From: Octopus bimaculoides
Taxonomy: Eukaryota
Length of the DNA stretch: 64,000 nt
Direction of reading: 5' to 3'
NCBI RefSeq assembly: GCF_001194135.2
Contig: NC_068982.1
Location: 18,352,542-18,416,541, forward strand
In this document: positions 10,972-23,198 of the stretch, in pieces
Numbering within the stretch: position 1 is the first letter of the stretch
How the letters are laid out: each line of letters starts with the position of its first letter
Position numbers and translations under genes: made by a program
The notes under the pieces: generated by a model
Told to the model about the DNA's origin: nothing
Database searches by the model: none
What the model saw: only the letters and a program-made list of their open reading frames with translations

Positions 10972-11031
<60 letters not shown>

Positions 11032-11034
11032 GTT
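10970..11034. repeat. (ATT)n microsatellite
   Basis: Directly visible. Confidence 0.95.
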
Positions 11035-11659
11035 GTTTGTCTCACGTTCTGTCTTATTCACCGCAGGAATTAGTGGATACCAGTTTACTTCCGGTAACCT
11101 TAGATACCTACAAGTTTTCAGCTGTCTTTCAAGTGCTTAGGCCCCTCCTGTATTTCAGGAGAGAGAATCGCTTTTATTTTTTAGTTCTTAAATGGTAAAG
11201 TTTCGTTGTTTTGCACGGTAGAAGCGATGGAAAGAGAAGAGCATTCATGTTTTAGCATAAGATCCTTTATTATTACCAGAATGTCGGTGGTTGGCACAAT
11301 TTCGGCTGTATTGAGCCTCATCATCGCAGATTAAGCTTAAATATTAAATTATTCTCTTTCTTCTTATATCTATAAACTTGTTCATCTAAAGTCATTTATG
11401 ATTTGAAATTAATCAGTATTTTCTTTTGTTTCGTTCATGTTTACAAAAGGGTAATTCAGAGAGACATGACAGGCAATATTTTCTGACGTAGCTCTTAACG
11501 TTGTTTCCCTCCGTATATTCCTGTCCATTGAATTTTCTCTGCGTCATGGCCTTCCGTGTAACCACATGTGTATATTTGTGTTAACACAGACCCCGTCGTT
11601 TTTAACGGGATTAAATTCTGAACTTGGTGACTTTGCTTTCACTTTTGCTTCATACCACG

Positions 11660-11712
11660 TAATTTTCTTTTAGTAAAACACGAGAAGCATTGCACACGCA
11701 CACAAACAGCCT

Positions 11713-11795
<83 letters not shown>

Positions 11796-11852
11796 GCATA
11801 CACGATGCGTGTGTGTGTGCAACGCTTCTCGTATTTTACTAAACGGAAATTA
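11660..11852. repeat. Inverted-repeat element (MITE-like) enclosing (CA)n
   Basis: Arms of ~43 bp: taattttcttttagtaaaacacgagaagcattgcacacgcaca (11660-11702) versus rc of 11810-11852, about five mismatches. (CA)n at ~11714-11792. Confidence 0.75.
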
Positions 11853-12171
11853 TTTTCTTAATTCAGTTACGTAACCATGCATTATGCAACAACTATTTTG
11901 GAACCATGCATTTCCATATCGAACCGCTTATGAATTCCAGCAAATCACAGCGAATTAATTCATATATTCATCAATTATTGCAAGCACATCCCACACTCAT
12001 TCCCTCGCTAACCGTTCATTTGAAAATTATAAAATCTAACAGAATATTGATAATCTTTAATACTTATTATAATGTGAGGCCTAATATTAATTGCTTACAA
12101 CACGGCCGGCTTCATCATCGACCAATTGCCGTCGTCGACGCCAGCTAATAATTACCACTATCTTTATGATC

Positions 12172-12173
12172 CA

Positions 12174-12213
<40 letters not shown>

Positions 12214-12320
12214 GCCATCACCTCCTTCTCCTCCCCTCCTATCCCCTTCCTCCCCCCTCATCTTCACATCATCGTACCCATCATACGCAACACAACAAAC
12301 AATGTAGTTTCATCAACACG

Positions 12321-12361
<41 letters not shown>
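12172..12361. repeat. (CAT)n, pyrimidine-rich and (ATT)n low-complexity cluster
   Basis: Directly visible. Confidence 0.85.
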
Positions 12362-12362
<1 letters not shown>

Positions 12363-12639
12363 GAACTCTGAATCAATCCGGACGACTTTCCGTTCTTAGA
12401 TTACATGAAAGCATCTAGCTACCCCACCACTCCGTCCATAAATTTTCAGGCCCTGTGCTTATACAAGAGAATTTTCACTCTTTTCTCTTTTGGTTTAAAA
12501 TTTTGATTTGACCTTTCTTAATATTCCTGGCAATTACTTTGAATCTTATTCAGCAATAACGTGTCAATAACATAATGAATTTGACCACAAAATGACAAAA
12601 AATAATAAAACGTGCGACGAAATGATTTAAAGTTTTTAG

Positions 12640-13000
12640 TTAAATGACTTTGTTATCTGAAATCCAATGCTCTAGTGTTGATAAACGAGGCTCAAGGTCG
12701 CTTCCATTTGTCAGGTAATGTATTGATTATGATTACTCCGCATTTACACACAGCTACTTGCCTGTTTAGAACTCGATCGTATCTATGACTTCTTGGACGG
12801 TGGATTGGTAGAGTCTTCAGAGCTTCGGGAAAATAATTTATCGATTTTATACAGGTTGTATACATTCTTAACATTCAGTTTCCGATTATCCCTACTGTCC
12901 TTCCGAGTGTGATGAAATACATTCCCAGTTCATTTGCAACGGAGTCTGTTGCCTTTCCAAATATTGTCGACTAAAGCATTAATAATAACTTCTGAAATGA
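12640..13000 (-). mobile_element. Possible decayed CR1/L2 LINE C-terminal fragment
   Basis: ORF 12692-12874 ends HRYDRV..CGVIIINTLPDKWK, similar to the GxxIWNxLP terminal motif; weak. Confidence 0.35.
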
Positions 13001-13399
13001 TAAAGTTATCATTATAAACTATGAGTGTATGGTTTACTAATGTTAAGGTTATCTCTATGTAAATTATATAACGAGCAATTATGATTCTGATACGACGTTT
13101 CATATCCCAAATGTCAGATGTAAACGAACAATGAGATCGAAGACGAAAAACAGATGAAGAAAGGGGTAATTAGTGTACATGGCATAATTAGGGAGTTATT
13201 GTCCCTTCATCAGCACCCATCTAACCCCATAATCATTCAAGAACACATTGCTTAAATGGCCATTAAATACTAAACAATATTTGCAAATTATACACTGAAG
13301 TTTATGGAGCACCTAAATAGCATCGATTACATGGTTCGAAATTATTAAACTAATATGTAGTGGAAAACATCTCGTGATCGAGTTTGACCACTACTTAAA

Positions 13400-13546
13400 T
13401 CCAAGAGTCCGGTACTTAATTTATCGACCCCGAAAGGATAAAAAGCAAAATCCACCCCGGCAGAATTTGAACTCAGAATGTAAGGACAGACAAAATACTG
13501 GTAAGTATTTCGTCCGGCGTGCTAAGGTTTCTGCCAGCTCGCCGCA
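13400..13546 (-). mobile_element. SINE family B copy (5' part)
   Basis: rc gcggcgagctggcagaaaccttagcacgccggacgaaatac..ctgagttcaaattctgcc. Confidence 0.85.
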
Positions 13547-13564
13547 TTAAGTGCGTAAAATATT

Positions 13565-13697
13565 CTTTTCCACTCTAGGCATACGGACCGAAATTTATGG
13601 GGAGGGGCCAGTCGATTAGATCAACCCCAGTACACGGAATCCGAATGTAAAAACTGACGAAATACCGCTAAGAATGACGCCCAGCGTGCTAACGTTC
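13565..13697 (-). mobile_element. SINE family B copy, head-truncated and internally deleted
   Basis: rc aacgttagcacgctgggcg..ttagcggtatttcgtc..ctggggttgatctaatcgactggcccctcccc. Confidence 0.7.
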
Positions 13698-13930
13698 CTT
13701 ATTTCTTTACTGCCCATAAGAGGCTACACACAGAGGGGACAAACAAGGACAGCCACACGGATTAAGTCGATTATATCGACTCCAGTGCGTAATTGGTACT
13801 TATTCAATCAACTCCGAAAGGAGGAAAGGCAATGTTGGGCTCGTCGGAATTTGAACTCAGAGCGTGGCGGCAGACGAAATGCCGCTAAGCATTTCGCCCG
13901 GCGTGCTAACGTTTCTGCCAGCTCGCCACC
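13698..13930 (-). mobile_element. SINE family B, full-length
   Basis: rc ggtggcgagctggcagaaacgttagcacgccgggcgaaatgcttagcgg..GAGTTCAAATTCC..ccttgtttgtcccctctgtgtgtagcc..aaagaaataagg. Confidence 0.9.
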
Positions 13931-14079
13931 TTAAGTGCGTAAAATATTGTCCAGTATTCAGCATATTTTTCACCGCAAATAACTATAACACCTGAGATGC
14001 AGCAAAAGCTGAGGTGACCAGAAACCAATTGGACTCGACAAATGTATACGAATTTACATTCTCATACCCATGATAATAC

Positions 14080-14274
<195 letters not shown>

Positions 14275-15924
14275 AATAAATATTTGTATAGTTTGTCTTC
14301 AAATATGATTCAATTATGTGTTTCGATAAAGTAACATTGGTATAATTTCCATACCTGGAGGCAAATCTGGCAAATAGCTTTACGAATAAATAATGTGTTA
14401 TCACACATACCGCAATTTAATTTAGATATCACTGATGTTCTTTTCATGCAATTACATAGCCATGTATTTAAAATTAGATATTCATTACACAGCTATGTGA
14501 CTTCATTTCGCTTTGCGACATGTTGAATCAACTTTCCCCCGCGCCGGTATAAAGTTAATTTTCTAGTTATTTTCCCATATATTTCTCAATCATTACTTTT
14601 ATCAACTGCCCGATACCTATCCGAATGCTTTCATTTTTTTATCTATCAATGTTAGGCCCATATTATTAGTTTCTTAGGTAACATAATGAAGAGAAATATT
14701 GATCTTAAAAGTAAAAGAAAAAAGAAATAATAGTTATAGCATGTAATCGTAGAAGGCAACACTATTATATACTCTTCTGGCAATAAATTCTCCGTTTTGT
14801 TTCACTATTTCAATTTCTCATTTCATGATGTCACCCTGCTCTGAGGGAGATTGATCTCAATTTCAATTTGCCGTAAGAACTACTTGCTTTTGTCACTCAA
14901 GAAATATTACCTACAAGCAAATATGTTGATTTATCCGTTTTGATAATGATGGAAAACTAAGCGTTATACTTCTACAATTAGATTCTCCTGAAAACTGATT
15001 CCACGAATTTAATTTCTTGGTAGTGAAGAGTATTTGATAAGATTTCATGTTAAAGACCATTTCGTTTCCGAGTGAAGCAATTCTAGTCAGTTTGCCCTAA
15101 CAATGATTTAAGATGAATACGCCAGGCTATTTCTTCGATAATACTAAATGCATGAAATGTATCTATTAAACTCGTGGTATTCCTGCAGCTATTCTCTCGT
15201 TGAGGCACTTCACTTTCATTTATCAATCATTTTTACCCCTCTCATCTCGGACTCTCGTTATAAAAGCATACACCGCTCCAATATAGAAATTAATATTGAT
15301 GGAATTTCACTTTATTTGTTTCCTCGCCTAATAATGATTCTTCACATCTACTCAGTGTGCCTTCGAGGCATTTATCTGCTTTTAACAGGTTACCTTTAAA
15401 AAATCATGACGAGTGTCCATATACACCACCCGTTGAACATGTTCAGAAACAGCCGGTTTAGTCGCCGCTTACTCAAATATGAGCGGATACTATAGACGGA
15501 CATCAGTACATTATGAATTGAAAATATATCCAAATATGCATGCATATATTAATATACATATGCACAAAAGAAAACTCTAACACATACATAGAAATAAATG
15601 CGCATACACATTGCACATACATATATATATTCGTGAATTTCTATGTATTTATAACACAACTCTGCACATGAGAATGTGCAGGCGCGTACGCGTGCGTGCG
15701 CACCTATAAGATACTAAAGGCGCACATAGAAAGTACGCGCGTGTGAGATGGTATATAGTTTCACTGTTGCCAGGGTTGAAGGCAAATCATCTAGCCAGTC
15801 CACGACTTATATTCTCATGGCTTGTAAAACCATGTGCTAGCATGCCCAGAAATTGCATTCGTAAAAGAAAATTTGCATTGGAAAAAAAACAGCTCTAATA
15901 TAATACATATTAACTACAGATGCT

Positions 15925-16272
15925 AAATGTATACGCCTCGTGTATTTTTCGATGGCTGTAATAGCAGGGTGACGTATACACACTCTCAAAGTGTCGGCTC
16001 TTGCAGCAACTCAGTCGTGGTAACTCAACTTCAGAGTGTATCGCCATTTTTGCGAACTGAGCAGGTGACTTCCTTTCAAACATGGCGGGTACGTGATGTT
16101 GATATGCCACAAAAATGGCGAAACAACCGGTGTTCCTCACTCCCGAATGGGATTTAAAGAGAGATTACCTCGCCTGTCCATGACATTGATGCATTTTAAC
16201 ACCCGGTGCTTTGAGAGTGTATATTATCTACAATTCTATAGCAGCCAACGGAAAATACACGAAGCATACACT
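15925..16272. mobile_element. Old MITE-like element with long imperfect inverted arms
   Basis: Arms ~15925-16000 and ~16195-16272; opposite-strand ORFs share FESVY..YS.RKIHEAYT. Perfect internal 12-bp inverted repeat tcgccatttttg (16041-16052) / caaaaatggcga (16110-16121). Confidence 0.7.
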
Positions 16273-16352
16273 TTAATTATACGTAATTAATAATATTTAT
16301 TATACCAGAACTGCTTGTATTTAAGTATATATATATATATATATATATATAT

Positions 16353-17341
16353 NNNNNNNNNNNNNNNNNNNNNNNNNNNNNNNNNNNNNNNNNNNNNNNN
16401 NNNNNNNNNNNNNNNNNNNNNNNNNNNNNNNNNNNNNNNNNNNNNNNNNNNNNNNNNNNNNNNNNNNNNNNNNNNNNNNNNNNNNNNNNNNNNNNNNNNN
16501 NNNNNNNNNNNNNNNNNNNNNNNNNNNNNNNNNNNNNNNNNNNNNNNNNNNNNNNNNNNNNNNNNNNNNNNNNNNNNNNNNNNNNNNNNNNNNNNNNNNN
16601 NNNNNNNNNNNNNNNNNNNNNNNNNNNNNNNNNNNNNNNNNNNNNNNNNNNNNNNNNNNNNNNNNNNNNNNNNNNNNNNNNNNNNNNNNNNNNNNNNNNN
16701 NNNNNNNNNNNNNNNNNNNNNNNNNNNNNNNNNNNNNNNNNNNNNNNNNNNNNNNNNNNNNNNNNNNNNNNNNNNNNNNNNNNNNNNNNNNNNNNNNNNN
16801 NNNNNNNNNNNNNNNNNNNNNNNNNNNNNNNNNNNNNNNNNNNNNNNNNNNNNNNNNNNNNNNNNNNNNNNNNNNNNNNNNNNNNNNNNNNNNNNNNNNN
16901 NNNNNNNNNNNNNNNNNNNNNNNNNNNNNNNNNNNNNNNNNNNNNNNNNNNNNNNNNNNNNNNNNNNNNNNNNNNNNNNNNNNNNNNNNNNNNNNNNNNN
17001 NNNNNNNNNNNNNNNNNNNNNNNNNNNNNNNNNNNNNNNNNNNNNNNNNNNNNNNNNNNNNNNNNNNNNNNNNNNNNNNNNNNNNNNNNNNNNNNNNNNN
17101 NNNNNNNNNNNNNNNNNNNNNNNNNNNNNNNNNNNNNNNNNNNNNNNNNNNNNNNNNNNNNNNNNNNNNNNNNNNNNNNNNNNNNNNNNNNNNNNNNNNN
17201 NNNNNNNNNNNNNNNNNNNNNNNNNNNNNNNNNNNNNNNNNNNNNNNNNNNNNNNNNNNNNNNNNNNNNNNNNNNNNNNNNNNNNNNNNNNNNNNNNNNN
17301 NNNNNNNNNNNNNNNNNNNNNNNNNNNNNNNNNNNNNNNNN
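16353..17341. other. Assembly gap (one of 11: 1355-1372, 16353-17341, 17751-17760, 24129-24362, 26252-26907, 29226-30176, 45119-45369, 46375-47017, 47854-48438, 55489-55498, 59770-59779)
   Basis: N runs, most bordered by microsatellites. Confidence 1.
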
Positions 17342-18784
17342 TCCACAGTTTTAATTTTTTTTAATTTAAGAGAGAGATTTGACGCTAATATCCATTATTA
17401 ATGTAATTTATGTAATTTTGTATATTTATATATAATGTAGATGCATATATATATATATAATGTAATTTTATATATTTATATATCATGTATATATATATAT
17501 ATATATATATACTTACGTCCAATGACAAATACTTACACACATATGCACACATACACGGGTCCGTAATCACACGACGCTATAGACACTCACACACACTCAC
17601 ACACACATTCGAACAAACACATGTAGATATAAATAATCTCTCACTCAATAAAGTAGGCTTAAATTTAAGCGTAATTATTTCTCGCATATTATTCTGCCTT
17701 ATAGGCGGGTTTTTTTTTTAACTAAAAACATTTAACGTACATATTCTAATNNNNNNNNNNCGGGTTTTTTTTTTAACTAAAAACATTTAACGTACATATT
17801 CTAATTGTATTGCATCATTATGCATGTACCTTCCTCGACTTCTAGCATTGCTTATGCCTATATTTAATGTGATAAGAATATTTCATCTATCATGCATTCA
17901 AGTGGTGTTGAGAAATAAAATAATTCACGACTCGTACCGTACTGATAAATCGGGCTTTAGTAATATTCTACATTTTTCCTTCCAATTAAAACTAAAGCGT
18001 ATGCCGCAGTTATCGATATAACCATTTGAATATTGCGATGTTAATGGTGTTTATATATTTGAAGCCTTGTCGCCAACAACGTAGATTGATTGATGGTAAT
18101 TCTATATTTAGATTCTATTAAATTTGCGACTCTGCTTTATTGTTGTTGTTGTCGTCGTCGTTGTTATTGTTGTTGTAGTAATTCTAAATTGCAATATCGA
18201 CAGGAATCTACTGTAGTTGTATTTGCCATTGTATAAATAATGGAAAATACTACGTATGATAACAATACATATACACAGGAACTGGCTTCGCTATGCACTT
18301 TTCTTTCACATGAAAGTTGCACATACATTATCAAGCCCTTACAGTGTGCAGAATAAAAGAATTGTTTATACTCTGATATTCCATAATTTCTATTTTCTTC
18401 TCCTTTTCTTGGTCTAAAGAAGAAAGCAACCACTGTATTCATCTCTGCACACAGTTCAAAGCTAGATGCGTAAGCATTTGAGATTAAACCAATATCGAAA
18501 ACTTGGAAATAAGCATTTGAAAACAGATGTATCTTTTAGATACTGATTCCAATTATTTCCATGTTTCTGACTGAGTTAATATGTGAAATTCTATTGTTAA
18601 CATGTCTTTATTCTGCAGATCTATTCAGGTTTTTCTCCAAAAGCTAACAGTTTGATTACATACTCAGTAAATATTTGTAAGCAAAAATGTATATCAAGAA
18701 TGAAATAGCTTAATTTTCAATGTTAAACTTCAGAAAAGAACTGCCTATGGTAAATTATTTTTGATGCCCATCTTCCTACATTTG

Positions 18785-19026
18785 AAAGGCCTTTAGAAGG
18801 GAGTTCTCAGACTAATCTGAGCTGCTGTGAAGCTGGAGGTGATCCAAAAGACAGCATTGTTGGGTACAGCTCGCATTCCAAGGAGAGTATTGTCTCTTTG
18901 AGTCACAAGAAAAGGCACTACTTGAAACCTTTGGTGATTTGTTATTGCTTGCTTTCAAGTAAAGCATAACCGGTAATTAAAAAAATATCCGAGAGACTTT
19001 CAGAATAATAACAATAATAATAATGA
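18785..19026 (+). mobile_element. R4/Dong-like RLE LINE 3' end with (TAA) tail
   Basis: KLEVIQKTALLGTARIPRRVLSL* (stop ~18899-18901), a 3' UTR, then aataataacaataataataatg. Confidence 0.8.
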
Positions 19027-19299
19027 TTAAAATTATAATAGCAAGGGCAAGATATGCAACCAGTACCATGTTTATTGACTATATCACCACTGGTTGTCTA
19101 GTCCTGGCTACATCTGAGTACATGCACAAACATTGATGCGTGCATTTCAGAAGTCGTTCCCATCACTCACCATTTCTACATTAAGGCACGTTCTGAGAAA
19201 TATCTGACGACTGAATTAATTGGTTTACACCACATATGTCAGGGAGTGGATAGGCACTGGCCTGAAGGCGTCATCCTCGCTGCTGCTCACGTCCAAGAA

Positions 19300-19745
19300 C
19301 AACATGTTACATTCTGAATTCGAACTCAACTGATGCAGCACATCGTTTCTCGCAGATTCTGGTCTGTGTGATAACCAACGTATTTAAATCGATTGACCTG
19401 ATGTCATTAAGCAGACTGCTTTGTATCTTTAGTGAATCCTACATAAAACGACTTTAGAAAATAATGCGACAAAAGAGTAAGAGAATTCGAGAGGAATATA
19501 AACAAAATACCATTGAAGGAACTATTTGTGGAAGAAACACAAGCATTCGAAAGAAACGGAAGACATTTAGCGTAAATGGGCCTTTCTTGAATGTGTGCAG
19601 GGCAACGTTGAGCTTTCGGGTTAGTAGCTGTTTACTTCTTGGTAGACAACCTGCAACAAAATTACATTAAATGTCAGGACGTTTTCTCGATAGAAATAGT
19701 GAGTGACTGGAACGCTCTCTTAGACGTACTTTTCGATGTCAGCGT
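19300..19745 (+). mobile_element. Decayed CR1/L2-type LINE 3' fragment
   Basis: DVFSIEIVSDWNAL at ~19678-19720 resembles the CR1 terminal FSxRVVxxWNxL motif. Confidence 0.45.
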
Positions 19746-20706
19746 ATATATATAACATATGCTTATATACTGCTCATTCAATGCAAGAAATTATGTGGCA
19801 AGTGAAACATAACAAAGGACCATTTACGCTGGGCCTGTGAATAGAAATGTATTCAATTACTTCCGATTGCTTTTCTACCTACCCCCACAAATAGCTCTTA
19901 CAATAGTATTTTCTTGATATTTCTCTCGAAGTCTCTTCCTCCTTTGGGACATTATTTTTTTAATTCGTTTTATGTGCTGTAACACCTGGGTGATTTTTAT
20001 GTTTTCTGGACGACAATTTGTTCAGATAATGCAGTTATTTTGTGTGATGCATGATCCTTATGTGATCCATTAGTTCTTTATTGCTTGTTTATAGCCGTTC
20101 AGTTGGCGAATTTTTGTTTGTTTTGGGCTGTAATTTCTGACTGCTTTTGTGTGTATGAATTAAGTTGCAATTGCATTTTTAGTGGTGATAGTGGGGAAGG
20201 GCATGCGTCTGTGGATCGTACTGGTGTGTTGCAGCTTATGTTGATGTAGGTATTGGACTGTCGTTGTTCAACCACGTAGCTATTTGTTCATATCTTCCAG
20301 TCACTTGTATCGGCGTGTTTTTTTCGTTTCTTTGCAATAGTAAAATGTTGTCATTCCTCACCTCTTCGGTACCTTTATCGCATTTATGTGCGTCCCAAGC
20401 CGAGCGGAACATGTCTCGAAGCTCATTGTCCGTTTGTCATGTGTGTGTCCTTTGGGAGCTTTCAGCTACTATTTTTGTTGCTGATATGATGGCACTTGAG
20501 AGAGGTGTACCTTGACTTGTTTTTGCTGCTATTGTTTCCACTATTGATGTTATCGTTGTTGCTGACGATCCTGCCTTCTGTCTTGCAACTGGTCATGAAA
20601 TCAACATTGCTGCAGCTGCAGGCTGTTGCTGTAGTTGTTGCGCTTGTTTGTGCCATGGTTGCTATTATAGTTGTAAAAGTTGTCAGGTTCACAATATTGC
20701 ATGCCA

Positions 20707-20940
20707 GGGAGGCGAGCTGGAAAAGTTGTTAGCACGCCGGGCGAAATGCTTAGCGGTTTTTCATCTGCCGTTACGTTCTGAGTTCAAATTCCACCGAGGT
20801 CCACTTTACCTTTCATCCTTTCGTGGTCGATTAAATAAGTACCAGTTACACACTGGGGTCGATGCAATTGACGTAATCCCTTTGCCTGTCCTTGTTTGCC
20901 CCCTCTATATTTAGACCCCTACGGGCAACAAAGAAATAAA
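20707..20940 (+). mobile_element. SINE family B, full-length
   Basis: ggcgagctggaaaagttgttagcacgccgggcgaaatgcttagcgg..GAGTTCAAATTCC..aaagaaataaa. Confidence 0.9.
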
Positions 20941-22299
20941 TATTGGATGCCACTTTTCAGATGCTATTTTCTGGTGTTGGGCCCAGATGTCTTTAGGTGG
21001 TTAGTGTTCCCTCAATTATAGCATCAATGTATTCTACATTGCAATACCTCTCACAGATGCTGCCGTCCCTCTGATATGTTTAAATTCAGGGTTTTACCTT
21101 GCGTTTTAGGTTTCATCTGAATAATAGAATCCAACAACATTACAACACAATTATGTTTCTTAAATTTCTTTATGTTTTAGTAGTGTACTAGGATCTAAAA
21201 TATTACATCTTTCACAACCATCCGGAGTCTAGTTCTGTTTCTAAATTTGGAAAATTTAATGAGATCCTTTTCCATGAAAATCGATTTTATATAAAATCTC
21301 AAATCTTTTGGGGGATGGTTCTATGACCTAGAATCTCTATTGGAACATTACTTGGATATATTGGGGCTTATAGGCATGTCACACAAATGTACTTTATTGC
21401 GGTATGTTTCGTGTACAGAGTTCAGCTTGATCTGAAGGCGAACACACTAATTTGTCCCTTCCCCAAAACATATCGATAAGGATTTATTTTCCTTTCTGTT
21501 TAGTGACATTACCTTGAGTATCCCTTTTCATTATTAGAGTCTATTGATATGGTTCTCCGCCTCTTCTAATATTTATGCGTTTTGTCTAGTAGAATGCGAA
21601 CTAAAGACTAACTGATCTTGATAAAGAAATAATTTTACTGTGCTTTCACAACAGTTGTTATTATTAACATTGTTTCTACTATAATAGCTTGTTATTGAAA
21701 TGGTGGTGTTGGAGTTGGATCAGGTACTTGAGATGATTTCGGTTCTACGTTTAACAGATTGATGCTATAAGTGTTTTCAATGCACGATATTTTGCTGCCG
21801 GTGAATTTTTGCGAGCAACTTAGATTGACATGTCAATGTTTTTGTTATTCCTGCTATCGAGGTCATTGTTAAAATTGATACTGTAGTTGTTGTTCCTACT
21901 GTTTTTAATTACTGCTAGGTCTCTAATCTTTTGTGGAAGGAGGTGAATGCGAGAAATGTTTTCACCTTGATAATCCATGACCTTCCTCACTTGATGACAA
22001 AGACCACGCGATTTAAAAAAGATTTTTATGTTTCGAAAATTTTACTTTGTTTTAACATTTTGGCCCGTAGGATAAAAGAACGAATTGTGTCAAGTAAGAC
22101 ACAAAGCAGTAAAGTAAAATAATCAAAAACAGATTATAGACAGGCAGACAAGTCCCGAACACACGAGACTTCTCAGACATGTTCAGCTTCGGCACTATAC
22201 AACTACCACAATAATAGAATAGAAAAAAAGTACAAAACCAAAACAAAACCAAGCATAGTACTTCCTACAATATGCACAATGTCTGAACATTTTAATTTG

Positions 22300-22408
22300 C
22301 AGCAGAGATTAGTCGACTATACCACCCCTAGTGCTCGACTGGTAATTCTTTTGTCGACCCCGTAAAGATGAATAGAAAATCAACTTCGGTGGAGTTTGAA
22401 CTCAACAC
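22300..22408 (-). mobile_element. SINE family B internal fragment
   Basis: rc gagttcaaactccaccgaagttgattttc..cggggtcgacaaaagaattaccagtcgagcactagggg. Confidence 0.65.
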
Positions 22409-22429
22409 ATAATTCCCGAAGGAAAGCTG

Positions 22430-22990
22430 TTAAAGAATTAGAAAGCTGGCCCGAAAGCATTACAAAATGAGGTACGATAACATGGCTAAGTTTATTCACT
22501 GGAGATTGTATGAAAAGATTGTCTAGGGAGAGCAAGGAAATGGTACGAACATGAACCAGAGGGCGTCACTGAGAACAATGAATATAGGATACTGTGGGAT
22601 TTTACAGTCTAATGTGACTCCCAAATCGATGCTCAGACACCAGACATTGTCGTGATAGATGAGAAAATAAAACAGAAAACCAAGATCATTGACATTGCCA
22701 TACCTGGAGATGCATTTGTAGATGACAAAGAGATGGAAATGATAGAGAAATACAAACTACTAAAACACGAAATTGCAAGACTGTGGGTAATGAGAAGAGT
22801 AACTATTATTCCAGTAGCTGTAGAGAGACTCGGAGCACTAACGACCATATTAGAGAAATATGTCAGAGAAATTGGAAGTGACATGAAGGCGGAGCAGGCT
22901 CAAAATACTGTTCTATTGGGGACAACTAGGATTTGAGATTCGGATCTGTCCTAAAGGCGACAGTAGTTATTCGACATAACTCCGCAAGTC
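22430..22990 (+). mobile_element. R4/Dong-like LINE restriction-like endonuclease domain (pseudogenised)
   Basis: KLARKHYKMRYDNMAKFIHW..WYEHEPEGVTENNEYRILWDF..TPDIVVIDEK..IIDIAIPGD..KY..VLLGTTRI*, covering ORF 22652-22936 and upstream frames. Confidence 0.9.
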
Positions 22991-23198
22991 AGTAATGCCC
23001 GGTCACTGAAGGAGTGCATGCAGAACGGTTTCATCGCTCTACGTGCATCTTGGACAGGCCCGTCCGACAGCACACCTGTGTCTGTAGAGTTTATTCCGAA
23101 CCAGTAGCACTCTCCCCTCCGGTAGAATTGCCAGGCCAAAGACATCTGGAAATTATTTATAACAGTCCCCGACCGGAAAGTCCTCTGGAAAAAAAACC

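Noticed and set aside
16315-17364. Long ORFs spanning N gaps (also at 24.1, 26.2, 29.1, 45.1, 46.3 and 47.8 kb)
   Set aside because: Artefacts of translating Ns as X.
17706-17805. Exact 45-bp tandem duplication
   Set aside because: The two copies flank a 10-N gap, typical of unmerged overlapping contig ends.
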